Origin: an uncultured Corynebacterium sp.
Lineage (GTDB): Bacteria > Actinomycetota > Actinomycetes > Mycobacteriales > Mycobacteriaceae
DNA length: 64,000 bases
Reading direction: 5' to 3'
NCBI RefSeq assembly: GCF_947253065.1
Contig: NZ_CAMXWS010000003.1
Location: forward strand, 19,954-83,953
The first letter of the stretch is position 1, and each line of letters opens with the position of its first letter. Below, piece by piece: positions 20,748 to 30,251 of this stretch. The position numbers were made by a program, and so were the translations under genes. The notes beneath the pieces were generated by a model, which saw only the letters and a list, made by a program, of their open reading frames with translations, did not search any database and was not told the DNA's origin.

Positions 20748-21620
20748 ATGCTCAAAGACATTGTTGATGTGCTGGCGGACCCCGTCGACGGAAGCGCCCT
20801 GACCGGCGCGGACGATTTCAGCCGCTTGGTCTCTGAGTCCGGACATTCCTATGACGTGGCCAAGCAAGGCTATGTCACGTTGGCGTCCGGCGCAGGCATC
20901 GCCCACAAGGGTGACAGCGCTGAAATGGTGGCTTCCCGCGAGGCATTTTTGTCGCGTGGCCACTTCGCGCCGTTCGTGGAAACGATCACGGAACGCGTCC
21001 TCGACGCCCTCGAAGGTCTCCCGCTTGACGACGTCGCCGCGACCCCTCCCACCATCCTCGAAGTCGGTGCCGGAACTGGCTACTACTTGTCCCACACCCT
21101 TGATGCCGTGGAGAATTCCCGCGGCGTGGGTGTGGACATCGCTGTTCCTGCCGCGAAGCACCTGGCGAAGGCACACCGCAATATCGGTGCCGTTGTCGCT
21201 GATGTGTGGGATGGTCTGCCGGTGCGTGATCAGTCGATCGACGTGATCACCGTGATTTTCGCGCCGCGCAACCCGGAGGAATTCGCACGCGTGCTTGTCG
21301 ATGACGGCGAGGTCCTCATTCTCACCCCCCAAACCGGCCACCTTGACGAACTGCGCGAGCCACTCGGCATCCTGGGCGTTGAGGAAGGCAAGCTTGAGCG
21401 GATGCTCGAGCAAGCAGCCGGACACCTGACTCCGGTCGGTGAGCCGGAGCTGATTGAGTTCCCGATGAACCTGGACCGCGAGTCCATCGCAGCGCAGGTG
21501 GGAATGAGTCCTTCGGCGCGTCACCTCGACCCGGAGGTCCTCGCTGAGCGCGTTGCAGCTCTGCCAGAGACCATGACGGTCACGGCACGAGCTCAGCTCA
21601 CCCGCATGAAGAAGGCTTAA
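20748..21620 (+). CDS. class I SAM-dependent methyltransferase (RlmA/RrmA-like)
   Basis: SAM-binding motif LEVGAGTGYY. RlmA-like C-terminal half. Confidence 0.6.
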   Translation: MLKDIVDVLADPVDGSALTGADDFSRLVSESGHSYDVAKQGYVTLASGAGIAHKGDSAEMVASREAFLSRGHFAPFVETITERVLDALEGLPLDDVAATPPTILEVGAGTGYYLSHTLDAVENSRGVGVDIAVPAAKHLAKAHRNIGAVVADVWDGLPVRDQSIDVITVIFAPRNPEEFARVLVDDGEVLILTPQTGHLDELREPLGILGVEEGKLERMLEQAAGHLTPVGEPELIEFPMNLDRESIAAQVGMSPSARHLDPEVLAERVAALPETMTVTARAQLTRMKKA

Positions 21621-21636
21621 GCCTCCAGATAGCCAA

Positions 21637-21680
21637 AGCATCCGCACTGCTGATTGGCAGCGCAGGTGCTTTCGTTGTTT
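21637..21680 (+). terminator. candidate rho-independent terminator between convergent genes
   Basis: Imperfect hairpin AGCATCCGCACTGC-tgattg-GCAGCGCAGGTGCT followed by TTCGTTGTTT. Confidence 0.35.
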
Positions 21681-23070
21681 ACAGAGCCGTGTGCGGACGA
21701 CTCCACTGGTTCAGGATTTCCGCGTCTCCATCGGTGGTGACGCGAAGTTCACCGACACCGTTTTCAGGCCAGAAGCGACTAGCCATCGTCACTGCACCGC
21801 CGCCAGCGAAAACTTCGATAGCGGAGCCGTCGACGAGGACGGAGATGTGGTCCTCGTCATCGTCGGAAAGCGGGGCGGTGGTGGGGGATCCGTCGAGACG
21901 GTCGAGTGTGATCGTGTCGCCCGAGTGCGTGATCGTCGCGGTGACGTCGCCCTTGGTGTCCAACACGTCAACAGTCACAGACGATCCAACCGGGATCTCG
22001 CACAGACCAGTCCACAACTTGGCACGCTCAGTGGAGCTGACTGCATCCGGGAGGCCCTGTGCAGGTGTTTGGAACAGTGCGCCCCCAGCGAGGGTGACCA
22101 CGCGCGGCAACGAGAGCGCATTCGCCCAGCCTTCGGTCTCCCACGTCGGCTGAGCAGTTGGATTACCACCACGGCCGGACTCAGCGAGCAGACCGAAGAT
22201 GCGTGCTTCGGCATAACGCTCGTCGTCCGTCTGCGTACCGCGGACAACATTCGTGCTGCGGGGGCGGGTGAAATCGTGGCCATAGTCAAGGCGCGTGAAC
22301 GGCGTTTTCACAGTGAATTCCGTCTCGTCGAGCGTGCCCACGAGGTAACCCGAAAGATCACCCGATTCCTGCTCGATGGTGAGGAAGAGAACGTCGTAAA
22401 TCTCGCCGTCTTCCTCGTCGCGCAGGCGAATAATGCGCGGGGCGACCGTCACATCGTCCTCCTGCAGACCTGTTTCGCCGTTGAACTTCAACGGGCCGAG
22501 CAGTGTCCAGGTGGTGCCGTCAGAAGAGTCGAGCACCATCGGCATCGGCTTTTCGGACGGTCCACTGCTCGCCAGCATGATCCAGCCGGACTGGCCGCGG
22601 TCACGGTCGTCGACTTCCTTCCAGTCAGGGACAACGCAGGGGGAGCGGAAGCGGGTGAAACGCCCGGAGTCCTTCACCAGGGGGCCGAGGCGGCGCACGC
22701 CGGGGTCGATGTCGCCGGCTTCGTCTACTTCGTCGCTAAGCGTCTCGATTTCGTCGATACGCGCGGCTTGAATCGTTGTTCCAGCGTTGGTGACAGACGT
22801 GAAATACAGGTCCGTGCCCTCCGCTGAGGAGACGACAGAGCCGGCGAGCACACGCGTTTCACCCCCGACTGGCGCGATGACGTCGTTGCACTCGTAGAAC
22901 TCAAAAGGATTGCCTTCGGAGAACTGGTGTGCCCAGCGTGAAGGTGCGTCTGCGGTGGGTTCGTACTGGTAGAAGATGTGCCAATCATCTCCGTCGCGGA
23001 GCATGCCTGCCGCGGCATCGAGGATGCCTTTATCAGCGGTGACATGGAGTTCGGGTCTCAAATTGCTCAC
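21679..23070 (-). CDS. GH32/GH43-like beta-propeller glycosidase family protein (divergent)
   Basis: WHIFYQYEP matches the GH32 YHLFYQYNP block. The WMNDPNG catalytic block is replaced by GILDAAAG. Confidence 0.4.
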   Translation of the reverse strand: MSNLRPELHVTADKGILDAAAGMLRDGDDWHIFYQYEPTADAPSRWAHQFSEGNPFEFYECNDVIAPVGGETRVLAGSVVSSAEGTDLYFTSVTNAGTTIQAARIDEIETLSDEVDEAGDIDPGVRRLGPLVKDSGRFTRFRSPCVVPDWKEVDDRDRGQSGWIMLASSGPSEKPMPMVLDSSDGTTWTLLGPLKFNGETGLQEDDVTVAPRIIRLRDEEDGEIYDVLFLTIEQESGDLSGYLVGTLDETEFTVKTPFTRLDYGHDFTRPRSTNVVRGTQTDDERYAEARIFGLLAESGRGGNPTAQPTWETEGWANALSLPRVVTLAGGALFQTPAQGLPDAVSSTERAKLWTGLCEIPVGSSVTVDVLDTKGDVTATITHSGDTITLDRLDGSPTTAPLSDDDEDHISVLVDGSAIEVFAGGGAVTMASRFWPENGVGELRVTTDGDAEILNQWSRPHTAL

Positions 23071-23086
23071 AGTTTCGTCCTCCGGG

Positions 23087-24256
23087 TTACAGAAGCGACT
23101 TGTACACGTCGACGGTTTCTTGGGCGATTTTGTCCCAGGTGAATTCCTTCTTCACGCGGGTCAGGCCAGCTGCTGCGAATCGTTTGCTGGTTTCCGCGTC
23201 CTGGGCGAGTGCATTGACGGCGGCGGCGAGGTCTTTTTCGAAGGCCTGTGTGTCTTCCGCGTCGTAGTGGACCAGGGTACCGGTCTCACCGTCGACGACA
23301 ACCTCGGGAATTCCACCTACGTCAGATGCAACCACGGCAGTATTACATGCCATCGCTTCCAGGTTCACGATGCCCAGCGGTTCGTACACCGACGGGCACA
23401 CAAAGATGTCGGCGGCGGAATAAATATCGCGGATATCTTCCTTGGGCAGCATGTCCGTCACCCAGTACACGCCGTCACGCATTTCACGCAGCTTATCGAC
23501 GAGCCCCTCCGTCTCCTCCGCGATCTCCTTCGTATCCGGCGCACCGGCGCACAAGACAAGCTGGATATCCGGGTCGAAATCCTGGGCGGCCTTCACCAGG
23601 TGAGCAACACCCTTTTGGCGGGTGATACGGCCGACGAAGGCCACGATTGGGCGGGTCGGGTCAACACCGAGGCGTTCTACGACGTTGTCTTGGGCGTTGT
23701 CAGTGGGGTACCACACGGCTGTGTCGATGCCGTTGAGGACGACGTGGACGCGGGATTCGTCGATACGCGGGTAGGCGCGCAAAATCGCGTCCTTCATGCC
23801 TGAAGAAACACCGATGACCGCGTCTGCGTTTTCCATCGCATTCTTCTCCGACCACGAGGAGACGTCGTAGCCGCCACCAAGCTGCTCCCGTTTCCACGGG
23901 CGGTCAGGCTCCAGCGAGTGTGCGGTGACCACATGGGGGATACCGTGCAGTAGACCCGCGAGGTGGCCACCCAGCCCCGAGTACCACGTGTGCGAGTGGA
24001 CGATGTCCACGTTGTTCGCAGCATGTGCCATCCGCAGACCCGTCGACATTGTCTTTAGCGCACCGTTGGCATCTTCCAGCTCTGGGTCAACGCCGTGAAC
24101 ATAAACATCCTGCTCATCGCGCGGTTGACCCATGCAGTGGACGTCTACCTCGACGCCATCAAGCTTGCGCATGAAGCGCGTCAACTCGGTGACGTGGACA
24201 CCCGCGCCACCATAAATTTCGGGAGGATATTCGCGGGTCATCATTCCGACTCTCAT
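23087..24256 (-). CDS. glgA: GT4 glycogen synthase / alpha-maltose-1-phosphate synthase
   Basis: N-terminal MTREYPPEIYGGAGVHV and a GT4 C-terminal domain. Divergent from glgC, as in Rv1212c/Rv1213. Confidence 0.85.
   Translation of the reverse strand: MRVGMMTREYPPEIYGGAGVHVTELTRFMRKLDGVEVDVHCMGQPRDEQDVYVHGVDPELEDANGALKTMSTGLRMAHAANNVDIVHSHTWYSGLGGHLAGLLHGIPHVVTAHSLEPDRPWKREQLGGGYDVSSWSEKNAMENADAVIGVSSGMKDAILRAYPRIDESRVHVVLNGIDTAVWYPTDNAQDNVVERLGVDPTRPIVAFVGRITRQKGVAHLVKAAQDFDPDIQLVLCAGAPDTKEIAEETEGLVDKLREMRDGVYWVTDMLPKEDIRDIYSAADIFVCPSVYEPLGIVNLEAMACNTAVVASDVGGIPEVVVDGETGTLVHYDAEDTQAFEKDLAAAVNALAQDAETSKRFAAAGLTRVKKEFTWDKIAQETVDVYKSLL
23491..23501 (+). repeat. 11-mer GCTTATCGACG copy
   Basis: Exact match. 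The glgA coding strand reads L-V-D-K-L. Confidence 0.9.
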
Positions 24257-24352
24257 AGTCCTCGAGCCTAGTTATGTTTGAACACGCGTGCAGGCGCATG
24301 AATTTTTCCAAGCGCACTGCAGTTTCTGTGCGACTTACCTAGGCTGGAAAGC

Positions 24353-25576
24353 GTGAACAACCAGCCGAATGTCCTCGCCATTGTCCTTGCCGGCGGAGAA
24401 GGAAAGCGCCTCTTCCCGCTAACCCTCGACCGCGCTAAACCCGCCGTGCCATTTGGCGGGAATTACCGACTCATCGACTTCGTCCTGTCCAACCTCGTCA
24501 ACGCCGGCTATAACCGCATCGCCGTGCTGACGCAGTACAAGTCCCACTCGCTCGACCGCCACGTGGCTACTGCCTGGAATTTCTCCGGTCCGATGCACCA
24601 GTACATCGCCTCCGTCCCGGCGCAGCAGCGCCTGGGTAAGCGCTGGTACCAAGGCTCCGCAGACGCGCTGCTGCAGTCGCTGAACCTCATCTTTGACGAG
24701 CAGCCGGACTACGTGCTCGTCTTCGGCGCGGACCACGTTTACCGCATGGACCCGTCGCAGATGGTGGAAAACCACATTGCCTCGGGCAAGGAGTGCACCG
24801 TCGCGGGTATCCGCGTGCCTCGCAGCGAAGCCTCCGCATTTGGTTGCATCCAGGCGGATGATGACGGAAGTATTACGGAATTCCTGGAAAAACCAGCCGA
24901 TCCGCCCGGCACCCCCGACGACCCGAACATGACTTTCGCGTCCATGGGCAACTACTGCTTCTCAACAGAAGCGCTTATCGACGCACTCCGTCTCGACAAC
25001 GAGAACGAATCCTCCGAACACGACATGGGCGGCGACATCATTCCGTACTTCGTGGGCAAGGGCGAAGCCAACGTCTATGACTTCACCGCCAATCAGGTGC
25101 CTGGCGCGACCGAGCGCGATAAGGCGTACTGGCGCGACGTGGGCACCATCGACTCTTTCTACGAGGCCCACATGGATCTGATCTCGATCCACCCGATTTT
25201 CAACCTATACAACAAGTCGTGGCCGATCCACTCCACGGAGGACGAGAACCTCCCGCCGGCGAAATTCGTCTCAGGTGGTGTGGCGCAGGAGTCGATCATC
25301 GCGCCGGGCTCCATCATTTCGGGTTCAACGGTGAGTAATTCGGTGCTGTCCACCGACGTCCGCGTTGAAGAAGGCGCGATCGTCGAATCTTCGGTGCTCA
25401 TGCCGGGGGTCCGGGTCGGCAAGGGGGCTGTCGTACGCCACGCCATTCTGGACAAGAATGTCTACGTCTCAGACGGAGCGAGCGTGGGCGTTGGCGAGGA
25501 CTCTGATCGCGCACGAGAATTCACGATCTCGAAGGAAGGCGTCGTCGTGGTGGGCAAGTCCGAGGTCGTCGAGTGA
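24353..25576 (+). CDS. glgC: glucose-1-phosphate adenylyltransferase
   Basis: GTG start. [16 protein letters not shown] and a C-terminal hexapeptide beta-helix. Confidence 0.9.
   Translation: MNNQPNVLAIVLAGGEGKRLFPLTLDRAKPAVPFGGNYRLIDFVLSNLVNAGYNRIAVLTQYKSHSLDRHVATAWNFSGPMHQYIASVPAQQRLGKRWYQGSADALLQSLNLIFDEQPDYVLVFGADHVYRMDPSQMVENHIASGKECTVAGIRVPRSEASAFGCIQADDDGSITEFLEKPADPPGTPDDPNMTFASMGNYCFSTEALIDALRLDNENESSEHDMGGDIIPYFVGKGEANVYDFTANQVPGATERDKAYWRDVGTIDSFYEAHMDLISIHPIFNLYNKSWPIHSTEDENLPPAKFVSGGVAQESIIAPGSIISGSTVSNSVLSTDVRVEEGAIVESSVLMPGVRVGKGAVVRHAILDKNVYVSDGASVGVGEDSDRAREFTISKEGVVVVGKSEVVE
24973..24983 (+). repeat. 11-mer GCTTATCGACG copy
   Basis: Exact match. A-L-I-D-A in glgC. Confidence 0.9.
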
Positions 25577-25596
25577 CTAGTTCGAGTGACTAGTTG
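25571..25596. repeat. tandem 13-bp duplication spanning the glgC stop codon
   Basis: GAGTGACTAGTTC GAGTGACTAGTTG. The first copy contains the glgC TGA stop. Confidence 0.7.
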
Positions 25597-25609
25597 AGGA
25601 AATAGAAAA

Positions 25610-25633
25610 CCCGCAGCTCGACTGAGCTGCGGG
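25610..25633. terminator. bidirectional hairpin between convergent glgC and O-methyltransferase genes
   Basis: Perfect 10-bp stem CCCGCAGCTC-gact-GAGCTGCGGG. A U-rich run (uuuucuauuu) follows on the minus-strand transcript. Confidence 0.6.
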
Positions 25634-25672
25634 CAACGAAACTAGCGCAGAGCTGCGCAGAACTCCGCAGTG

Positions 25673-26323
25673 CTATTCAGCCAAGCGTGTCACCAGAGTC
25701 ACCCCGGAATCCAGGGGGAGGCGCGTGGCTACTGCACCTTCCAGACCGTCGATGAGCTCTTCTGCCTCACGAGCAGCGAGAGTGGGGCGGTCTTTGCGGG
25801 TGGGGTCGGTGATGGTGGCGTCGAGAAGCGAACCGGCGAGGACGAGTGTGCCGCCGGGGGAGAGCAGAGGCCAGGCAGCCTCGACGACGCCCGGCAGGTC
25901 CACAGGATCCACGTCGGCATAGACGAGGTGGTACGCCCCGCTGGCCAGACGTCCCAGCACATCCAGCGGGCGCGACGGCAGGAACCGTGCGCGCGAAGCA
26001 CCATAACCAGCATCGCGGAATGCCACCTTTGCACGTGCCTGGTGGTCTGCCTCCGGGTCGATGCACGTCAACGCGGACTTCTCCGGCAGACCCGCGAGAA
26101 TATGCAGCCCGACCACGCCCGCAGCGGGAGTGATAGCGACGGCGCCCGTTGCGCCACCCGCAGCATGCCCGGAGGCAGCGAGGGTGCCCAACAGGTTGCC
26201 CACCGCAACGCTCGGGGTGGGGAGGGAGTATTCGGAGGCGTCGGCGCGGGCGTCGATAAGCGTGCCGTCCTGCTGCTTCGCCGTGATGTACTCGTTAAGG
26301 GAGGTAAATGCTGAATCGCTCAC
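25673..26323 (-). CDS. class I SAM-dependent O-methyltransferase (Rv1220c-like)
   Basis: Family 3 O-methyltransferase-like fold. Conserved position upstream and divergent from sigE. Confidence 0.6.
   Translation of the reverse strand: MSDSAFTSLNEYITAKQQDGTLIDARADASEYSLPTPSVAVGNLLGTLAASGHAAGGATGAVAITPAAGVVGLHILAGLPEKSALTCIDPEADHQARAKVAFRDAGYGASRARFLPSRPLDVLGRLASGAYHLVYADVDPVDLPGVVEAAWPLLSPGGTLVLAGSLLDATITDPTRKDRPTLAAREAEELIDGLEGAVATRLPLDSGVTLVTRLAE
26251..26261 (-). repeat. 11-mer copy (reverse orientation)
   Basis: The coding strand of the O-methyltransferase reads T-L-I-D-A. Confidence 0.9.
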
Positions 26324-26388
26324 ACGCTCATCCTACGAAATCGACCCCGCCCGTGCGGGAAGAAGCGCGGTACGCAAGAATAGAAGCC

Positions 26389-26973
26389 ATGCCAGAAGAT
26401 CTGACAGGCACCGCCGCATTCGACGCAGGACGCGGCACCATGCCCAGCTGGGCTGAACTCGTCGAGGAGCACGCCGACAGTGTGTACCGCCTCGCGTTCC
26501 GCCTGTCGGGCAACCAGCAGGACGCCGAAGACCTCACGCAAGAAACATTCATGCGCGTGTTCCGCAACCTGAAGTCGTACAAGCCCGGGACCTTCGAGGG
26601 GTGGTTGCACCGCATTACCACGAACTTGTTCCTCGACATGGTGCGTCACCGCAGCAAGATCCGCATGGAGGCGCTCCCGGAAGACTACGAGCGCGTGCCG
26701 GGCACCGCGCCGACGCCGGAACAGGTGTACTCCGAGGTCAACCTTGATCCGGCGCTGCAGGAAGCGCTCGATGAACTCAGCCCTGAGTTCCGCGTGTCGG
26801 TCGTGCTGTGTGATGTTGTGGGGATGAGCTACGAGGAGATCGCGAAGATACTCGGTGTGAAAATGGGCACCGTGCGTTCGCGTATTCACCGCGGCCGCAG
26901 CCAGCTGCGCGCATCGCTTGAAGCACAGGCCGCGACGAACGAAAGCGCTCGCGAGCTGCTCCGCGCGAGGTGA
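26389..26973 (+). CDS. sigE: ECF RNA polymerase sigma factor SigE
   Basis: Sigma-70 region 2 ([26 protein letters not shown]) and region 4 ([25 protein letters not shown]). The track ORF starts at 26308 but would overlap the divergent gene, so Met28 (26389) is preferred. Confidence 0.85.
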   Translation: MPEDLTGTAAFDAGRGTMPSWAELVEEHADSVYRLAFRLSGNQQDAEDLTQETFMRVFRNLKSYKPGTFEGWLHRITTNLFLDMVRHRSKIRMEALPEDYERVPGTAPTPEQVYSEVNLDPALQEALDELSPEFRVSVVLCDVVGMSYEEIAKILGVKMGTVRSRIHRGRSQLRASLEAQAATNESARELLRAR

Positions 26974-27302
26974 TTGCCGTGCCGAAGTTTGATTCGATCG
27001 AGCACCTCAATTTCGAAGCTGTCGCCGCGCTTATCGACGACGAACTCACCCCCACCGCCTACCACCGCGCCCAGAATCATCTGGCGCAGTGTGAGGATTG
27101 TCGTCGTGAAGTAGCGCAGCAGCGCGCCGCGTCTGAGGCCGTGCGGGAACACAACACCGATGGTTGCTTGCGCGCACCACGGTCGCTGGTGGAGAAATTG
27201 GCGCACCTGGACGATCAGGCGCCGCTGACTCGAGTTGCCGCAGAGAATTCGGGTGGAAAGTGGCCTATTTCGTGGAGTCGTTTGCGTAACGGGCTAAGGT
27301 GA
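26970..27302 (+). CDS. cseE: anti-sigma-E factor (zinc-finger anti-sigma, RseA/CseE-like)
   Basis: HxxxCxxC motif (HLAQCEDC). 4-bp overlap with the sigE stop. Confidence 0.7.
   Translation: MIAVPKFDSIEHLNFEAVAALIDDELTPTAYHRAQNHLAQCEDCRREVAQQRAASEAVREHNTDGCLRAPRSLVEKLAHLDDQAPLTRVAAENSGGKWPISWSRLRNGLR
27029..27039 (+). repeat. 11-mer GCTTATCGACG copy
   Basis: Exact match. A-L-I-D-D in cseE. Confidence 0.9.
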
Positions 27303-27306
27303 AACC

Positions 27307-27750
27307 GTGTTTGACTCAATCGGTTGGGGCGAAATCTTCGTCATTATTCTCGCGGGCCTGATCATCATTGGTCCGGAGCGCCTCCCCGGTGTGATCATGG
27401 ACGTGCGTGCCGCTATTTTCGCGGCTCGTCGCTCTATCAATGATGCGAAGAAAGAGCTTTACGGCGAGGAATTCGCTGAGTTCCGCAAGCCGATGAACAC
27501 CGTCACCGAGTATGCGGCGATGGGGCCGAAGCGGGCGATTGCCAAGATGCTTTTCGACGAAGACGGTGACTACCTCGACCAATTCGACCCCCGCAAAATG
27601 ATGGATGAGGATCCCGCTGAGTCCGGTTCAACTTCAGGCATGGGGAGTACGCAGCCACCTTCGAAGCCGCGACGGAGGCAGCCAGGAATGAACCCGGAAC
27701 CACCCGCCGAATCTGGCGGCGGCGGGTTCTCCTGGACTGACGTGACCTAG
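27307..27750 (+). CDS. tatB: twin-arginine translocase subunit TatB
   Basis: GTG start. N-terminal TM helix plus amphipathic helix (MFDSIGWGEIFVIILAGLIIIGPERLP). Confidence 0.85.
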   Translation: MFDSIGWGEIFVIILAGLIIIGPERLPGVIMDVRAAIFAARRSINDAKKELYGEEFAEFRKPMNTVTEYAAMGPKRAIAKMLFDEDGDYLDQFDPRKMMDEDPAESGSTSGMGSTQPPSKPRRRQPGMNPEPPAESGGGGFSWTDVT

Positions 27751-28886
27751 CGAGTCACACCGAGGTTCAAATTCTTGCCCGCCAGCGAATCGCGGCGAAT
27801 CTTCAGCTTGCCGGCGATCTCTGCGATGGCCTTCCCAGAGGGGGACTCGGGGGCTTGGATGGCGATGGGGGTGCCCTCGTCACCCTGGACACGCAGTTGC
27901 GGGTCGAGCGGGACGGAGCCCAGCAGGGGGACATCAGTGCCGGTGATCGCGGAGAGGCGCTCAGCCACATTCTCGCCGCCACCTGTGCCGAAGATGTCCA
28001 TTGTGGAGCCGTCCGGCATGACCATGGCGGACATATTCTCAATCACGCCGGCGACACGCTGACCGGTCTGTTGGGAGATGGAGCCTGCACGCTCGGCGAC
28101 CTCAGCTGCAGCAGCCTGCGGGGTGGTCACGATCAACAGCTCTGCATCCGGGACGAGCTGCGCCACAGTGATGGCGACATCGCCGGTTCCTGGCGGGAGG
28201 TCCATGAAGAGGACGTCGAGTTCGGACCAGTAGACGTCGGCAAGAAATTGTTGGATTGCGCGGGTCAACATGGGGCCGCGCCAGACAACGGGGGCGTTGC
28301 CTTCGACGAACTGGCCAATCGAGATGTGGCGGACGCCGTGAGCGATCGGTGGCATGAGCATCTCATCCACGACCGTTGGGCCTTGGCCTTCTGACCCCAT
28401 CAGACCAGGGATGGAGTGGCCATAAATATCGGCGTCGAGAATGCCCACGGTCAACCCTTGCTCGGCGAGCGCCGTCGCCAAATTCACCGTCATAGAGGAC
28501 TTGCCTACGCCACCCTTGCCCGATGCCACGGCGTACACACGTGTGGTCGAACCCGGCTGGGAGAACGGAATTACCGGTTCAGACCTATCGCCCTTGAGGC
28601 GCTGCGCAAGATTGCGGCGCTGCTCTTCGCTCATGGTGTGCATGGTCACGCTGACCTCGCCGACACCGTCGAGCTCCTCGACGACGGCACGCACGTTGGA
28701 CTCGATGGTGTCGCGCATTGGGCATCCAGCAATGGTGAGGTAGATGCCGACGGCGACATCACGGCCGTCGATACGCACGGACTCGACCATGTCTAGCTCG
28801 GTGATCGGTTTGCCGATCTCCGGATCGTCGACACGCGCAAGCGCGTTGCGGACAGCTGCTTCTGAAATCGGTGATGTGTCAGTCAT
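27747..28886 (-). CDS. mrp: Mrp/ApbC iron-sulfur cluster carrier ATPase
   Basis: Start taken at MTDTS (28886). The track ORF extends to 28982. N-terminal DUF59 domain, Walker A GKGGVGKSS and a CxxC region. Confidence 0.85.
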   Translation of the reverse strand: MTDTSPISEAAVRNALARVDDPEIGKPITELDMVESVRIDGRDVAVGIYLTIAGCPMRDTIESNVRAVVEELDGVGEVSVTMHTMSEEQRRNLAQRLKGDRSEPVIPFSQPGSTTRVYAVASGKGGVGKSSMTVNLATALAEQGLTVGILDADIYGHSIPGLMGSEGQGPTVVDEMLMPPIAHGVRHISIGQFVEGNAPVVWRGPMLTRAIQQFLADVYWSELDVLFMDLPPGTGDVAITVAQLVPDAELLIVTTPQAAAAEVAERAGSISQQTGQRVAGVIENMSAMVMPDGSTMDIFGTGGGENVAERLSAITGTDVPLLGSVPLDPQLRVQGDEGTPIAIQAPESPSGKAIAEIAGKLKIRRDSLAGKNLNLGVTR

Positions 28887-28980
28887 TGCACGTAAAGTAT
28901 ATGGCCTTCCCCGCCCGGGCACGAAGCCGGCACTAGACTTGAGCCGATACACGAATGCAACGAGAAGGATGGTTAGCCAC

Positions 28981-29523
28981 ATGACTCAGCCGAACCCAGC
29001 CTCCGCACGACGTCGACTGACTGAGCCGCAGCGACCTGCAGGCTGGCCCGTGGGTAGCTTCCAGGAATACGTCGACGCGCAAGCAGCTGTCGACGGGTTG
29101 TCTGACCAGGAGTTTCCCGTCGAGAACATCACCATTGTCGGTGTTGATCTGATGCAAGTGGAGCGCGTCACTGGTCGGCTGACGTGGGGGCGCGTCCTTG
29201 CTGGCGGTGCTCTGTCCGGCCTGTGGTTTGGCCTTTTTGTCGGCCTGCTGTTCGCTCTGTTCACGCCGAATGTGTGGGCGGCGCTGCTGTCCGCGATCGT
29301 GTTCGGCGTCATTTTCGGCGTTGCGTTTGCGGCACTCGGCTACGCCTTCACGCAGGGACGCCGTGATTTTTCGTCCGCAACGAATATTGTTGCTGGGCGT
29401 TATGACATTCTCTGCGAACCATCCACCGCGCCCCAGGCCCGTGACCTGATCGCACAGATGGGACCACGCCCGTCCCAAAATGCGCAGCAGCCACGCCCGC
29501 AGCAGCCACGCCCGCAGCAGTAA
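28981..29523 (+). CDS. hypothetical membrane protein with Q/P-rich C-terminus
   Basis: Start at the internal ATG (MTQPNPASARRR). Two transmembrane helices. C-terminal QQPRPQQPRPQQ repeats. Confidence 0.45.
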   Translation: MTQPNPASARRRLTEPQRPAGWPVGSFQEYVDAQAAVDGLSDQEFPVENITIVGVDLMQVERVTGRLTWGRVLAGGALSGLWFGLFVGLLFALFTPNVWAALLSAIVFGVIFGVAFAALGYAFTQGRRDFSSATNIVAGRYDILCEPSTAPQARDLIAQMGPRPSQNAQQPRPQQPRPQQ

Positions 29524-30251
29524 TGGCTAGATCGCAGGAGAGAAGCGTGGCGAATTCACGGCGCAAACGCGTAGTGGCAATTGGTGCGACAGCTCTACTT
29601 GGCATGACAGCTCTGACCGCCTGCGGCGAGAAAAGCCCGGCGGTGAAGATCGCTGCTGACCCGTCTGACCCCGAACAGCTGGTGCTGGCGGAGATTTACC
29701 GCCAGGTGGCGGAGTTGGATGGAAGGGAAGTGGGGATCGTCGGCAAGCGGTATGTGGATGATGCCGCCAAGCTGGACGTGCTGCAAACACGTGACGCGAA
29801 TTTCGCAGTCATGTGCGTCGGTTCGCTGGTGGTCACTGCGAATCCCGGTGAGGCCGAGGTACTGGTAGAAAAGAAGAACGAAGCCGACGAAGAAGATTCC
29901 AACAACGCCGACCTGGCGCTCGCGACTTACGACGCAGCCGTGGGCACGCTGCCCGGATCCTTCAAAACAGTCGACCCATCACCCGCCGAAGGCTGCTCGA
30001 AGACCGAGCACGACGACTTGCCCCAGAACATCATCCCGGTGTTTGAGGCAGGCATGTTTGATCGCGGCGTGCGCAACGCCATGAATAAGGTCACACGTGC
30101 GCTGTCCACGACCGATCTGGAAAAGCTCGTCGAGCAGACCGAAGAAGACGGCAGCCCAAGTGCAGCCGTCAATGCGTGGATGCAGGAGAAGACCGGCATG
30201 GGTTCGGAGCTGCAGCGCATCGTTGATGAGGGGCAGGCTCGCGAAGTCTAG
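29523..30251 (+). CDS. putative lipoprotein
   Basis: TAATG overlap with the upstream gene. Signal peptide with LTAC lipobox. Confidence 0.45.
   Translation: MARSQERSVANSRRKRVVAIGATALLGMTALTACGEKSPAVKIAADPSDPEQLVLAEIYRQVAELDGREVGIVGKRYVDDAAKLDVLQTRDANFAVMCVGSLVVTANPGEAEVLVEKKNEADEEDSNNADLALATYDAAVGTLPGSFKTVDPSPAEGCSKTEHDDLPQNIIPVFEAGMFDRGVRNAMNKVTRALSTTDLEKLVEQTEEDGSPSAAVNAWMQEKTGMGSELQRIVDEGQAREV

Noticed and set aside
26308-26388. Upstream extension of sigE to the ATG at 26308
   Set aside because: It would overlap the divergent O-methyltransferase start by 16 nt and adds a non-conserved N-terminus. Met28 at 26389 is more plausible.
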